Assembly: GCA_050248855.1 (NCBI GenBank)
Contig: JBFWRP010000010.1
Location: 64,001 to 128,000, forward strand
Source: Planctomycetota bacterium
Lineage (GTDB): Bacteria; Planctomycetota; PLA2; JAEUHO01
DNA: 64,000 nt
Direction of reading: 5' to 3'
In this document: piece by piece, positions 1 to 7,959 of the stretch
Numbering within the stretch: position 1 is the stretch's first letter
Layout: the number at the start of each line of letters is the position of its first letter
Position numbers and translations under genes: made by a program
The notes under the pieces: generated by a model
The model's input: the letters and a program-made list of their open reading frames with translations, nothing else
Told to the model about the DNA's origin: nothing
Database searches by the model: none

Positions 1-457
1 CCGGCTGCTCGTCGATCGACGGGATGTCCAAGCTGTACTGCGACAGCGGGTCCAGCCCGAACGGACGCGGCGTGCCATCGACTTCGAGCGTCGGGTCGTA
101 GATGACCTCGTTGCCCGTGACGCGGAAGGAGCCGCCGGGGATCGACTGGAAGGAGCCGCCGGTCCGGACCTGGATGGTCTGGAACGAGATGCTCGAGCCC
201 AGCACGGGGCCGTTGAAGATGCAACGGAACTGCGCGTTGCGCGGCACGCTCACGCTGCCCGTGGGCGCCGCGGGCTGTAGCGCACGGTCCACGATCTGGA
301 ACTCGACGAGCTGCATCGCGGAGAGGCTGCTCGAGCTGCCGCCGCCGCACGAGGCGGCGAACGCACCGACGAGCAGGGCGACCGCGATCGTCGCACCGCG
401 CAGGGGCAGCACCCGCGGCGACTGTGCGCGGGAGGAACGCTTCGGATTCCGGTTCAT
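1..457 (-). CDS. Lipoprotein with probable Ig-like (Big_5/SbsA-like) domain; 5' part only, runs off the window start
   Basis: Not in ORF track. Manual translation from ATG 457 (AAGGAG SD upstream): MNRNPKRSSRAQSPRVLPLRGATIAVALLVGAFAASCGGGSSSS...SVPRNAQFRCIFNGPV...GNEVIYDP...GLDPLSQYSLDIP; open to base 1; lipobox AAS-C. Confidence 0.75.
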   Translation of the reverse strand, partial: MNRNPKRSSRAQSPRVLPLRGATIAVALLVGAFAASCGGGSSSSLSAMQLVEFQIVDRALQPAAPTGSVSVPRNAQFRCIFNGPVLGSSISFQTIQVRTGGSFQSIPGGSFRVTGNEVIYDPTLEVDGTPRPFGLDPLSQYSLDIPSIDEQP

Positions 458-570
458 CGGAGACTCCTTGGAGGTCATGTCGCCGCGTGGCCGGGTGCGG
501 AGACATGCCGAACGGACAAGGCAGGCGGGGAAGTCCGAGCCCTGGCTTCACGGGAACGCGGCGCCCCGTG

Positions 571-615
571 GCGAACGCGGGTTACGCGAACGCGGGTGAC
601 GCGAACGTGGCTGAC
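571..615 (+). repeat. 3 x 15-bp tandem repeat (GCGAACGCGGGTTAC / GCGAACGCGGGTGAC / GCGAACGTGGCTGAC)
   Basis: Directly visible in the intergenic region upstream of the lipoprotein gene. Confidence 0.8.
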
Positions 616-935
616 TCGAGCCGTCCCTTCCGCCGAAGGCGGACGGCCCGGACGTAGCGCGGTCAGGTGCCTCGACACCGGACACCGCGCTCACGGCCCA
701 ACCGTCTGCCCCCGGTTTCCCGGCCTCTCGACCGGTCCCGCCCGGGGGTCACTCTACGGACGCGGCCATTCCCGGTAAAGGGATTTGGCGCCGCCGACGA
801 GCGAGCCTGGGCAGGAGGGGACGAGGGGGCGGGCGCAAACTCCATTCCACTGGCCCGACGCGTGCCAATCGCCTGCCAGGCCCTGTCCATGGGGATGTCA
901 GGCCCTTGATGGCCCATGGCTCGGGGCCTTCGCCC

Positions 936-2297
936 TCACGTTCCGCACCGACGCGTGCGGATCCGCTCGCCGGCCCGCGGGCGCAGGACATGCGTGCGGG
1001 GCCCATCGAACAGGGCGACGGGCCAGCCCGAGAGCGCGGTGCCCGTGAAGGGCGTGTTGCGGCTCCTGGAGCGGAAGGCGTCGGGCGCCACCGCATCCCG
1101 CCCGACAAGGTCGACGAGGACGAAGCGCGCACCCCGGCCGGGAGCAACGAGACGTGGCCCCTCCCGCCGCGCGATGGCCGCGGGGCCTGCCGTGAGCGCC
1201 TCGACGAGACGTCCCAGCGTGACGCGCCCGGTCTGGACGAGGCGCGTGTAGAGCACGGCGAACGCGGTCTCCAGCCCCACGATCCCGAAGGGGGCGGCCA
1301 GCCAGCCGCGGGCCTTGGCTTCCCTCGTGTGGGGCGCGTGGTCGGTCGCGATGGCTCCGAGCGTGCCGTCCACGAGCCCATCGACGAGCGCGTCCACGTC
1401 CGAGGGGTCACGCAGCGGGGGCTTCATCTTGAAGTCCGTCCCCCCCACCACGGCGTCCTCGACGGTCAGCACGAGGTGGTGCGGCGTGACCTCGGCGGTG
1501 ATCGGCGCGCCACGCTCGCGGGCGCGGCGCACGAGGTCCAGCGCGCCGCGCGTGGACAGATGGCAGACGTGGAAGGCGGCGCCCGCCTCGGCCGCCAGAT
1601 GCAGGTCGCGCTCGACCGCGACGATCTCGCTGGACGCGGGGATCCCCGGCAAGCCATGGGCCTCGCTGCACGAGCACGCATGCACCACGCCCGGCCCGGT
1701 GACCGCGAAGTCCTCGCAGTGCTGCCACAACGGGACGCCCTCGCGCGCCGACCAGCGGAAGGCCTCGCGCGCCAAGCGTTCGTCGGCCAGCCACGCGCCG
1801 TCGTCGCTGAAGGCGCCGACGCCCGCGGCGGCCATCGCTTCCAGGTCCACCAGCTCCCGGCCTCGCAGGCCGCGGCTGAGCGCCGAGATCGGGACGACCT
1901 CGACGGGCAAAGCGTCGTCCGCGCTGCGGGCCGTCTGCAGCGCGAGCTCCGGCGTGTCGCACGTGGGCTGCGTGTTGGCCATGGCGTAGACGACGCCGTA
2001 GCCGCCGGCCAGCGCGGCCGCACGACCGCTGTCGATCGTCTCGGCCGCCTCGCCGCCCGGTTCGCGGAAGTGCACGTGGAGGTCGATGAACGGCGGGGCG
2101 ACGAGCAGGTCGCGTCCGTCGATCTCCACGATCTCGTCGCCGGGCGCCGGCTGGACAGGCGGCGCCTGCGCGCCCACGGCCACGACCTCGTCGCCGCGCA
2201 CCCAGAGATCGCCCGCGACGGGCGCGTCGCCGCCACGAGCCACGATGGCGGCGGCGCCTCGCACGTGGACCCAGCGCACGGGCCCGTGCACCGTCAC
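936..2297 (-). CDS. pyrC: Dihydroorotase (type I, long form)
   Basis: DLHVHFREPG, MANTQP, AEVTPHHL, FKMKPPLR, IATDHAPH, SRSRNTPF motifs. Confidence 0.93.
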   Translation of the reverse strand: MTVHGPVRWVHVRGAAAIVARGGDAPVAGDLWVRGDEVVAVGAQAPPVQPAPGDEIVEIDGRDLLVAPPFIDLHVHFREPGGEAAETIDSGRAAALAGGYGVVYAMANTQPTCDTPELALQTARSADDALPVEVVPISALSRGLRGRELVDLEAMAAAGVGAFSDDGAWLADERLAREAFRWSAREGVPLWQHCEDFAVTGPGVVHACSCSEAHGLPGIPASSEIVAVERDLHLAAEAGAAFHVCHLSTRGALDLVRRARERGAPITAEVTPHHLVLTVEDAVVGGTDFKMKPPLRDPSDVDALVDGLVDGTLGAIATDHAPHTREAKARGWLAAPFGIVGLETAFAVLYTRLVQTGRVTLGRLVEALTAGPAAIARREGPRLVAPGRGARFVLVDLVGRDAVAPDAFRSRSRNTPFTGTALSGWPVALFDGPRTHVLRPRAGERIRTRRCGT

Positions 2298-3070
2298 GCG
2301 TCGGCCTTGAGCGGCGGCGCGGCGCGCACGGCGAGCGCGGCACCGAGCAGGCCGAGGCCCGGGTGCGGCCGCAGCTCACGGCGCACGTGCGGCTGCAGGT
2401 GCGGCGCGTCCTGGCCCGTCAGGTACACGGGCGCACTCGCCTCCAGGCCGGCCGCCTCGAGCAGTCGCTCGACGGCGCCTGCCGCCCCCAGGAGCAGCCC
2501 GGCCCGGATCGCCGTCTCCGTGGAGCGGCCGGGCATCGTCGTGTCGCCGGCGAGATCGATCTTGGGCAGCAAGGCCGTGCCGCTGCTCAGCGCCGTCGCG
2601 CCGAGCGAGAGGCCCGGCGCGATCGCGCCGCCGAGCAGCGCGCCGTTCGCGTCGCCGAGGTCCACCGTGAGCGCCGTCCCCGCGGACACGACCGCAGCGG
2701 CCGCACCGCCGGCGAGCGTCGTGGCCGCAAGCACCTGGAGGCGTCGGTCGACGCCGGCCTTGGCCGGCGCATCGACCTGCGCGGCGGGGATGCCCTTGTG
2801 GTCGGGACCGACCGACACGAGCGTGCCGAGGCGCAGCTTGCGCACCTCCCAGATCAGGCCCTCGATCTTCTGCGGGTCGCTTCCCGTGACCGCGATCACG
2901 GCCTTGCGCCCTTGCAGCATCGGTCGGGCGAGGTCGCCCACGGCGCGACCGTCCGCCCGCGGCAGGCGCACGGGGCCCGCCACCTGCTCGCCGCGTACGG
3001 CGCCGATCTTGGCGCCGCTGTTGCCGACGTCGAGCACGAGGATGAGGTCGAGGGGGGGCGGCGTGGCCAT
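2294..3070 (-). CDS. coaX: Type III pantothenate kinase
   Basis: LDVGNS, GVDRR, SAGTALTVD, GGAIAPG, T..AIRAG motifs; GTGA overlap with pyrC. Confidence 0.9.
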   Translation of the reverse strand: MATPPPLDLILVLDVGNSGAKIGAVRGEQVAGPVRLPRADGRAVGDLARPMLQGRKAVIAVTGSDPQKIEGLIWEVRKLRLGTLVSVGPDHKGIPAAQVDAPAKAGVDRRLQVLAATTLAGGAAAAVVSAGTALTVDLGDANGALLGGAIAPGLSLGATALSSGTALLPKIDLAGDTTMPGRSTETAIRAGLLLGAAGAVERLLEAAGLEASAPVYLTGQDAPHLQPHVRRELRPHPGLGLLGAALAVRAAPPLKADA

Positions 3071-3123
3071 GGCCCCACCCTATCCAGGGGGCGCGCCCGC
3101 GTCCGCTTGGGGCCCGAGCACTC

Positions 3124-4461
3124 CTACTTGAGGTTGTCGAAGTAGCGCACGTTGCGGCGCGTACGCGGGTCCTGCGGGTCGACCTTGTAGGTGATGTCGC
3201 GGCCCCGGCGCTCGATGACGACGGTGACGAGCTGGTCCTCGCGCAGCGTCTGGGCGACCTCGATGGCCTGGGCCCGCGAGGTGACCGGGCGCCCGTTGAT
3301 CGACTTGAGGATGTCGCCCTTCTTGACGTCGAGCGCCGCGACCGGTGCGTCGCCGCCGAAGCCCGTGACGCGGATGCCGACCACGCGGCCCGAGCCGTCC
3401 ACGTACTCCTCCGTCTTGACGGTCTCGCTGATCGCCTGGCCGCGCGAACGGATGTACTCGTAGGTGTTGCGGTCGAAGACGACCGCGCGCTCGGTCTCGG
3501 AGTACTCGATGACCTGCGGGCGCAGGTCCTCTTGCGTGAGCTCCTCGACGGGTCGCGACAGCTCGGTGGCCACCGTGATGGCCTGGGCGTCCGGGTCGAC
3601 CTCGACGACGCCGCCTTCGGCGGTGCCGGGGCCGGCCTCGCCGCTGCCTGTCCCCGGCGTGGTCCCGTCCGTGACGGCCCCGGGCGTGCCCGGGGCACCG
3701 GTACCGGCCGCGGCCTCGCTGCCGAGCGGCACGAGGGAACCGCCGGTCCCGATGATGTCCGCCAGCTTCGGGTCGACGGGCGGCCGCAGCAGCAGCGTGC
3801 GCAGCTCACCCTCGCGGTTGCCGTCGCGGTCCAGGGTCTCGTACACGATGCGCGAGCCGAAGATCTCACGGCGCGTGCCGTCGGCCTCCAGCACCTCCGC
3901 GACGGGGGCCTCCTCCAGGGCGACGAGCCGGAAGCGCTTGGCGTCCATGTCGCTGTAGCGGATGAAGTCGCCCACGCTGATGGCGGTGGCGCCGTCGCTC
4001 TCGTGCCCGTTGAACTGGAAGAGCAGCGTGCGGCTCAGGACCATGACCGGCTTGCCGATGGTCTCGAGACCGGTGGGCAGGTTCTCCGGCGGCTTGGGAC
4101 CCACCTCCACCGGCTTCTTCTCCGCGGGAGCCTCGGGGCCGACGAAGGGGAACCAGAACGGGTCGCGGGGCTTGCCCGGGTAGAGCTTGGACTCCTTGTA
4201 GCGCAGGTAGACGTCGGTCACGGTCTCGATCGACACGGGGCCTTGCGGGCGGCTGCCCTGCGTGGCCAGGGTGCGCCCGTCGGCGTCGTAGGCCGCAGCC
4301 ATGTCGCGCCAGCGCTGCTCGATCTGGTTGCCCGGACGATTGACCCAAGCCGCCGTGGCCGGGCGCACGTTGACGAACAGATGGCTGCCGGCGGCGACCA
4401 CTCCAGCCGCCGTGGCGAGGCAGCCGACCTGGAGGATGCGACGCAGGGCGTGGGGCTTCAT
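3124..4461 (-). CDS. Membrane-anchored protein with C-terminal PDZ domain, GspC/PulC-like
   Basis: N-terminal hydrophobic segment; C-terminal GIRVTGF...LDVKKGDILKSINGRPV...VTVVIERRG PDZ signature preceded by a GspC-like helix; AGGAG SD. Confidence 0.7.
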   Translation of the reverse strand: MKPHALRRILQVGCLATAAGVVAAGSHLFVNVRPATAAWVNRPGNQIEQRWRDMAAAYDADGRTLATQGSRPQGPVSIETVTDVYLRYKESKLYPGKPRDPFWFPFVGPEAPAEKKPVEVGPKPPENLPTGLETIGKPVMVLSRTLLFQFNGHESDGATAISVGDFIRYSDMDAKRFRLVALEEAPVAEVLEADGTRREIFGSRIVYETLDRDGNREGELRTLLLRPPVDPKLADIIGTGGSLVPLGSEAAAGTGAPGTPGAVTDGTTPGTGSGEAGPGTAEGGVVEVDPDAQAITVATELSRPVEELTQEDLRPQVIEYSETERAVVFDRNTYEYIRSRGQAISETVKTEEYVDGSGRVVGIRVTGFGGDAPVAALDVKKGDILKSINGRPVTSRAQAIEVAQTLREDQLVTVVIERRGRDITYKVDPQDPRTRRNVRYFDNLK

Positions 4462-4856
4462 CGGCGGCTCCTGATGTGTCCCGCCGGGCTCGGGGGGCTA
4501 CGCCGGGCCGAGTCTAGGCCCTGGCGCCGGGTTGTCCTACCCGGCCGCGCCGTCCCCGCGGGTGACACGCCGGTTGGACGCGCCCGGGCGCCCGGGCCTT
4601 CCGACGCGACGGCCCCCAGGAGCGCGTCGCCAGTGTCCCGCTCCAGAGGTCCGGTGACATGTACTGGGCCGCACGGAAGTGACTCCCGCTCCCGCGCGCC
4701 TGGGGCGACCAACGCCGCTCGGCGGGCTGGATGGGGAGCGGAAGGCCGATGAGGAGGCCGACTCGTGTCCGTCGGTCGAGGCTGACGAAGCGGCCTGATC
4801 GCCCCCGGTCCAGCCCGCAGCACCTGGAGAGGCAAGGGGACTACTGCCCCAGCACA

Positions 4857-6077
4857 CTAGAACTGCGACGAGCCCTGCCGGATGCGCGGCGGCGCCGCGG
4901 CCGCAGCGGGCGGGCGGGGAGCCGCGGCGCCCGAGGCGCTTGCCGCCCGGGGCGCGGCCGGCTGGCCCATGGCGCCGAACGCCACGTCGCTGTTGGACAC
5001 GCCCTTGGAGATGCCGCGGAGCGTGAGCTGGAGCTCGTCGGGGTTGTCCGCCGCCTCGAGGCCGTCCTCCAGCGAGATGAGCCCATCGCGGATCAGCTGG
5101 GCCAGGCTCTGGTTGAAGCTCTGGCTGCCGTAGTAGGCGTGGCCCTGCTCGAGCGCCTCGGCCAGCTCGCGCGTGCGCCCCTCGAGCAACATCTCCTTGA
5201 CGCTCGGCGTGCCGAGGAGGATCTCCACGGCGGGAACGCGGCCCGGCATGTTGCGCCGGCGCACGAGACGCTGGCTGACGACCCCTTCGAGCACCAGCGA
5301 CAGCTGCAGACGCACCATGTCGCGCAAGTGCGGCGGGTAGAAGGAGATGATGCGCTCCACGGTCTGCACGGCGTTCACGGTATGCAGCGTGCTCAACACC
5401 AAGTGACCGGTCTCGGCGGCCGAGAGGGCGGCGGACACCGTCTCGGCGTCGCGCATCTCGCCCACCAGGATGACGTCGGGCGTCTGGCGCATGGCGGCGC
5501 GCAGCGCGCTCTGGAAGTCCGGCGTGTCGATGTTGACTTCACGCTGCGTGATGGCCGCCTTCGCATCGCGGAACACGAACTCGATCGGGTCCTCGATGGT
5601 CACCACGTGGCGCGACGTCTGCTGGTTCATGTGGTCGATCATGGTGGCCAGCGTGGTGCTCTTGCCCGAGCCCGCGATGCCGGTCACCAGCACCATGCCG
5701 CGGCGCAGGAGCGCCAGGCGCTTGAGCACCTCGGCGGGCAGGTGCAGGGCGTCCATGCTGGGGACGGTCTCCTGCACGTGACGGAACACGGAGGCGACGC
5801 GGCCGCGCTGCTGCAGGAGGTTGCAGCGGAAGCGGCCGATGCCCGGGAACACCGCGGCCAGGTCCGCCTCGTGGCGCTGGGCGAATCGCTCGCGCCCGGG
5901 AACATCCAGCAGGTGCTCGACCAGGGCCGTGAGGTGTTCGTCGGAGAGAACGGTCTCCGCCTGCGGCACGATGCGCCCGTCGATGCGGGCCACGGGCTTG
6001 TGCCCTGCGCGCAGGATCAAGTCCGAGCCGCTCTGCTCGACGAGGCGTCGGAACAGCTCGAGGATCTCGTTCAGCAT
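4857..6077 (-). CDS. PilT/PilU family type IV pilus ATPase
   Basis: GSDLIL, GRFRCN, Walker A GIAGSGKST, TIEDPIE, PDVILVGEMRD, ETGHLVLSTLHT; start moved to ATG 6077 (GGAG SD); AIRNLIRE motif divergent (SVKEMLLE), so PilU/PilT2-like. Confidence 0.92.
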   Translation of the reverse strand: MLNEILELFRRLVEQSGSDLILRAGHKPVARIDGRIVPQAETVLSDEHLTALVEHLLDVPGRERFAQRHEADLAAVFPGIGRFRCNLLQQRGRVASVFRHVQETVPSMDALHLPAEVLKRLALLRRGMVLVTGIAGSGKSTTLATMIDHMNQQTSRHVVTIEDPIEFVFRDAKAAITQREVNIDTPDFQSALRAAMRQTPDVILVGEMRDAETVSAALSAAETGHLVLSTLHTVNAVQTVERIISFYPPHLRDMVRLQLSLVLEGVVSQRLVRRRNMPGRVPAVEILLGTPSVKEMLLEGRTRELAEALEQGHAYYGSQSFNQSLAQLIRDGLISLEDGLEAADNPDELQLTLRGISKGVSNSDVAFGAMGQPAAPRAASASGAAAPRPPAAAAAPPRIRQGSSQF

Positions 6078-6114
6078 GGCCGCGCTCCGTCCCACCGCGG
6101 CCTCGTGACCCCCG

Positions 6115-7182
6115 TCACGCCGGGGGCGTGTCGGGCAGGTGCGCCGGCACCTCGGGCGCCGGCGGAGCCTGGGCCAGCACCTTGGCCACGTGCCTCAGGA
6201 GCACGGGGACGCCGGCGCCGGTGGCCGCCGAGATGGGGATGACTCCCCTATCGGCAGCGGCCGCGAGACGACTCAAGGCCTCCCGCCAGGGCCCGTCTTG
6301 CGGGACCTGGCCGTCCACGGCGACCAGGTCGACCTTGCTCGCCACGAGGATCTCGGGGCGCTCGGCCAGACCCCGGCCGTAGGCCGCGAGCTCGGCACGG
6401 ACGGTGCGCCAGGCCTCGACCGGATCGCTGCCGTCCGGAGGCTGGAGGTCGACGAGGTGCACGAGGATGCGCGTGCGTTCGACGTGGCGCAGGAAGCGAT
6501 CGCCGAGGCCATGGCCCGCGTGGGCACCCTCGACCAGGCCCGGGAGGTCCGCCACGACGAAGCGGGTGGCGGCGTCGAGCTCGACGATCCCCAGGTGCGG
6601 CGCCAGCGTCGTGAAGGGGTAGTCCGCGACGCGGGGCGTGGCGCGCGAGATGCGCCGCAGCAACGTGCTCTTGCCGGCATTGGGCAGTCCGATCAGCCCC
6701 ACGTCGGCCAGCAGGCGAAGCTCGAGGCGCAGCGAGCGGACGCGTCCCTTGCGCCCCTCCTCGTAGCGCGTCGGGGCCTGCACCGTGGCACTGGCAAAGC
6801 GCGCGTTGCCACGTCCCCCACGACCGCCGCGCGCCACGACGTAACGCTGCCCGGGCTCCACCAGGTCCACGAGACGCCGCCCGCTCGTGGCCGCGTAGAC
6901 CGTCGTGCCGACGGGGACGCCCAGCTCGCGGTCCGCGCCCCCGCGACCATGGCAGCAATTGGGGCCCCCGCGCTCGCCGTGCTCGGCGCGCACGTGGCGC
7001 ACGTTCTCCATGTCGCCGAACGTTGCCATGTTCGGGTCGGCGACGAGCACGACGTCACCGCCGCGGCCGCCGTCGCCCCCCGCGGGGCCACCGAACGGGA
7101 TGCGCGCTTCGCGCCGCCATGCGACGAGGCCGTTGCCTCCGTCGCCCGAGCGCACCGTCAACAGCCGTTCATCGAGGAACAT
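6115..7182 (-). CDS. obgE: GTPase Obg/CgtA
   Basis: MFLD...SGDGGNG, GGPAGGDGGRGG, GLPNAGKST, ADYPFTTL, DLPGLVEGAH. Confidence 0.97.
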   Translation of the reverse strand: MFLDERLLTVRSGDGGNGLVAWRREARIPFGGPAGGDGGRGGDVVLVADPNMATFGDMENVRHVRAEHGERGGPNCCHGRGGADRELGVPVGTTVYAATSGRRLVDLVEPGQRYVVARGGRGGRGNARFASATVQAPTRYEEGRKGRVRSLRLELRLLADVGLIGLPNAGKSTLLRRISRATPRVADYPFTTLAPHLGIVELDAATRFVVADLPGLVEGAHAGHGLGDRFLRHVERTRILVHLVDLQPPDGSDPVEAWRTVRAELAAYGRGLAERPEILVASKVDLVAVDGQVPQDGPWREALSRLAAAADRGVIPISAATGAGVPVLLRHVAKVLAQAPPAPEVPAHLPDTPPA

Positions 7183-7237
7183 GGTGCATCGGGTGGCGAC
7201 CGGCCGGGTCGCCGCGGGGAAGCGTGCTGGTCAGACC

Positions 7238-7483
7238 CTACGCAACCGGGTCGACGTGGACGCAGCGGTTGGTCTGGAACCGCACGAAGCCGTCGCGCAC
7301 CGCGTAGAGCGTGTAGTCGTTGCCCATGCGCACGCCATGGCCGGGCTTGAAGCGGCTGCCGACCTGACGCACGAGGATGTTGCCGGAGATGACCGCCTCG
7401 CCGGCGTACTTCTTGATGCCGCGGGACTTCGCGTTGCTGTCGCGACCGTTGCGGCAGGAACCCTGACCCTTCTTGTGCGCCAT
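7238..7483 (-). CDS. rpmA: 50S ribosomal protein L27
   Basis: [16 protein letters not shown]...GNILVRQ; canonical rplU-rpmA-obg order. Confidence 0.98.
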   Translation of the reverse strand: MAHKKGQGSCRNGRDSNAKSRGIKKYAGEAVISGNILVRQVGSRFKPGHGVRMGNDYTLYAVRDGFVRFQTNRCVHVDPVA

Positions 7484-7529
7484 GACGATCTACTCCGCTC
7501 GCTGCCCGGTGAAACGGATCTCGCTCGGC

Positions 7530-7838
7530 CTAGCCGATCGAGACGACCTCGACCTCGGTCATCCGCTGACGGTGGCCCTGCTTGCGACGCATGCGCTTGC
7601 GGCGCTTCTTCTTGAAGACGACGATCTTCGCTTCCTTGCGCTCGGCGACGACCTTGGCGCGGACGGCGACGCCGTCGACGACGGGACGGCCGATCGCGAT
7701 GCCGGCGTCACCCCCCGTGAGGAGCACGCGGTCGAAGACGACCTCGCTGCCGGCCTCGGCCGGGAGGAGATCCACGCGGAGGCGGTCGCCCGGCCGCACG
7801 ACGTACTGCTTGCCCCGGTCTTGGATGACGGCGTACAT
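7530..7838 (-). CDS. rplU: 50S ribosomal protein L21
   Basis: MYAVIQDRGKQY...KIVVFKKKRRK...GHRQ; start ATG 7838 with AGGAGG SD. Confidence 0.97.
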   Translation of the reverse strand: MYAVIQDRGKQYVVRPGDRLRVDLLPAEAGSEVVFDRVLLTGGDAGIAIGRPVVDGVAVRAKVVAERKEAKIVVFKKKRRKRMRRKQGHRQRMTEVEVVSIG

Positions 7839-7959
7839 GACGGGATCGCCTCCTGTCGGCACCGACCCCCGGTCGGCGCGGCGAAGCGCAGGAGGGTAGG
7901 CCGGGCCCGCACCCGCGTCCAGCGTGGGCGCAGCCGTCCGGCCCCCCTCGCGAGCGGCC

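Noticed and set aside
863..878. Sigma54 promoter TGGCAGGCGATTGGCA (minus strand) for the first lipoprotein
   Set aside because: GG-N10-GC spacing holds, but both elements deviate and it is ~400 bp from the start; too weak to call
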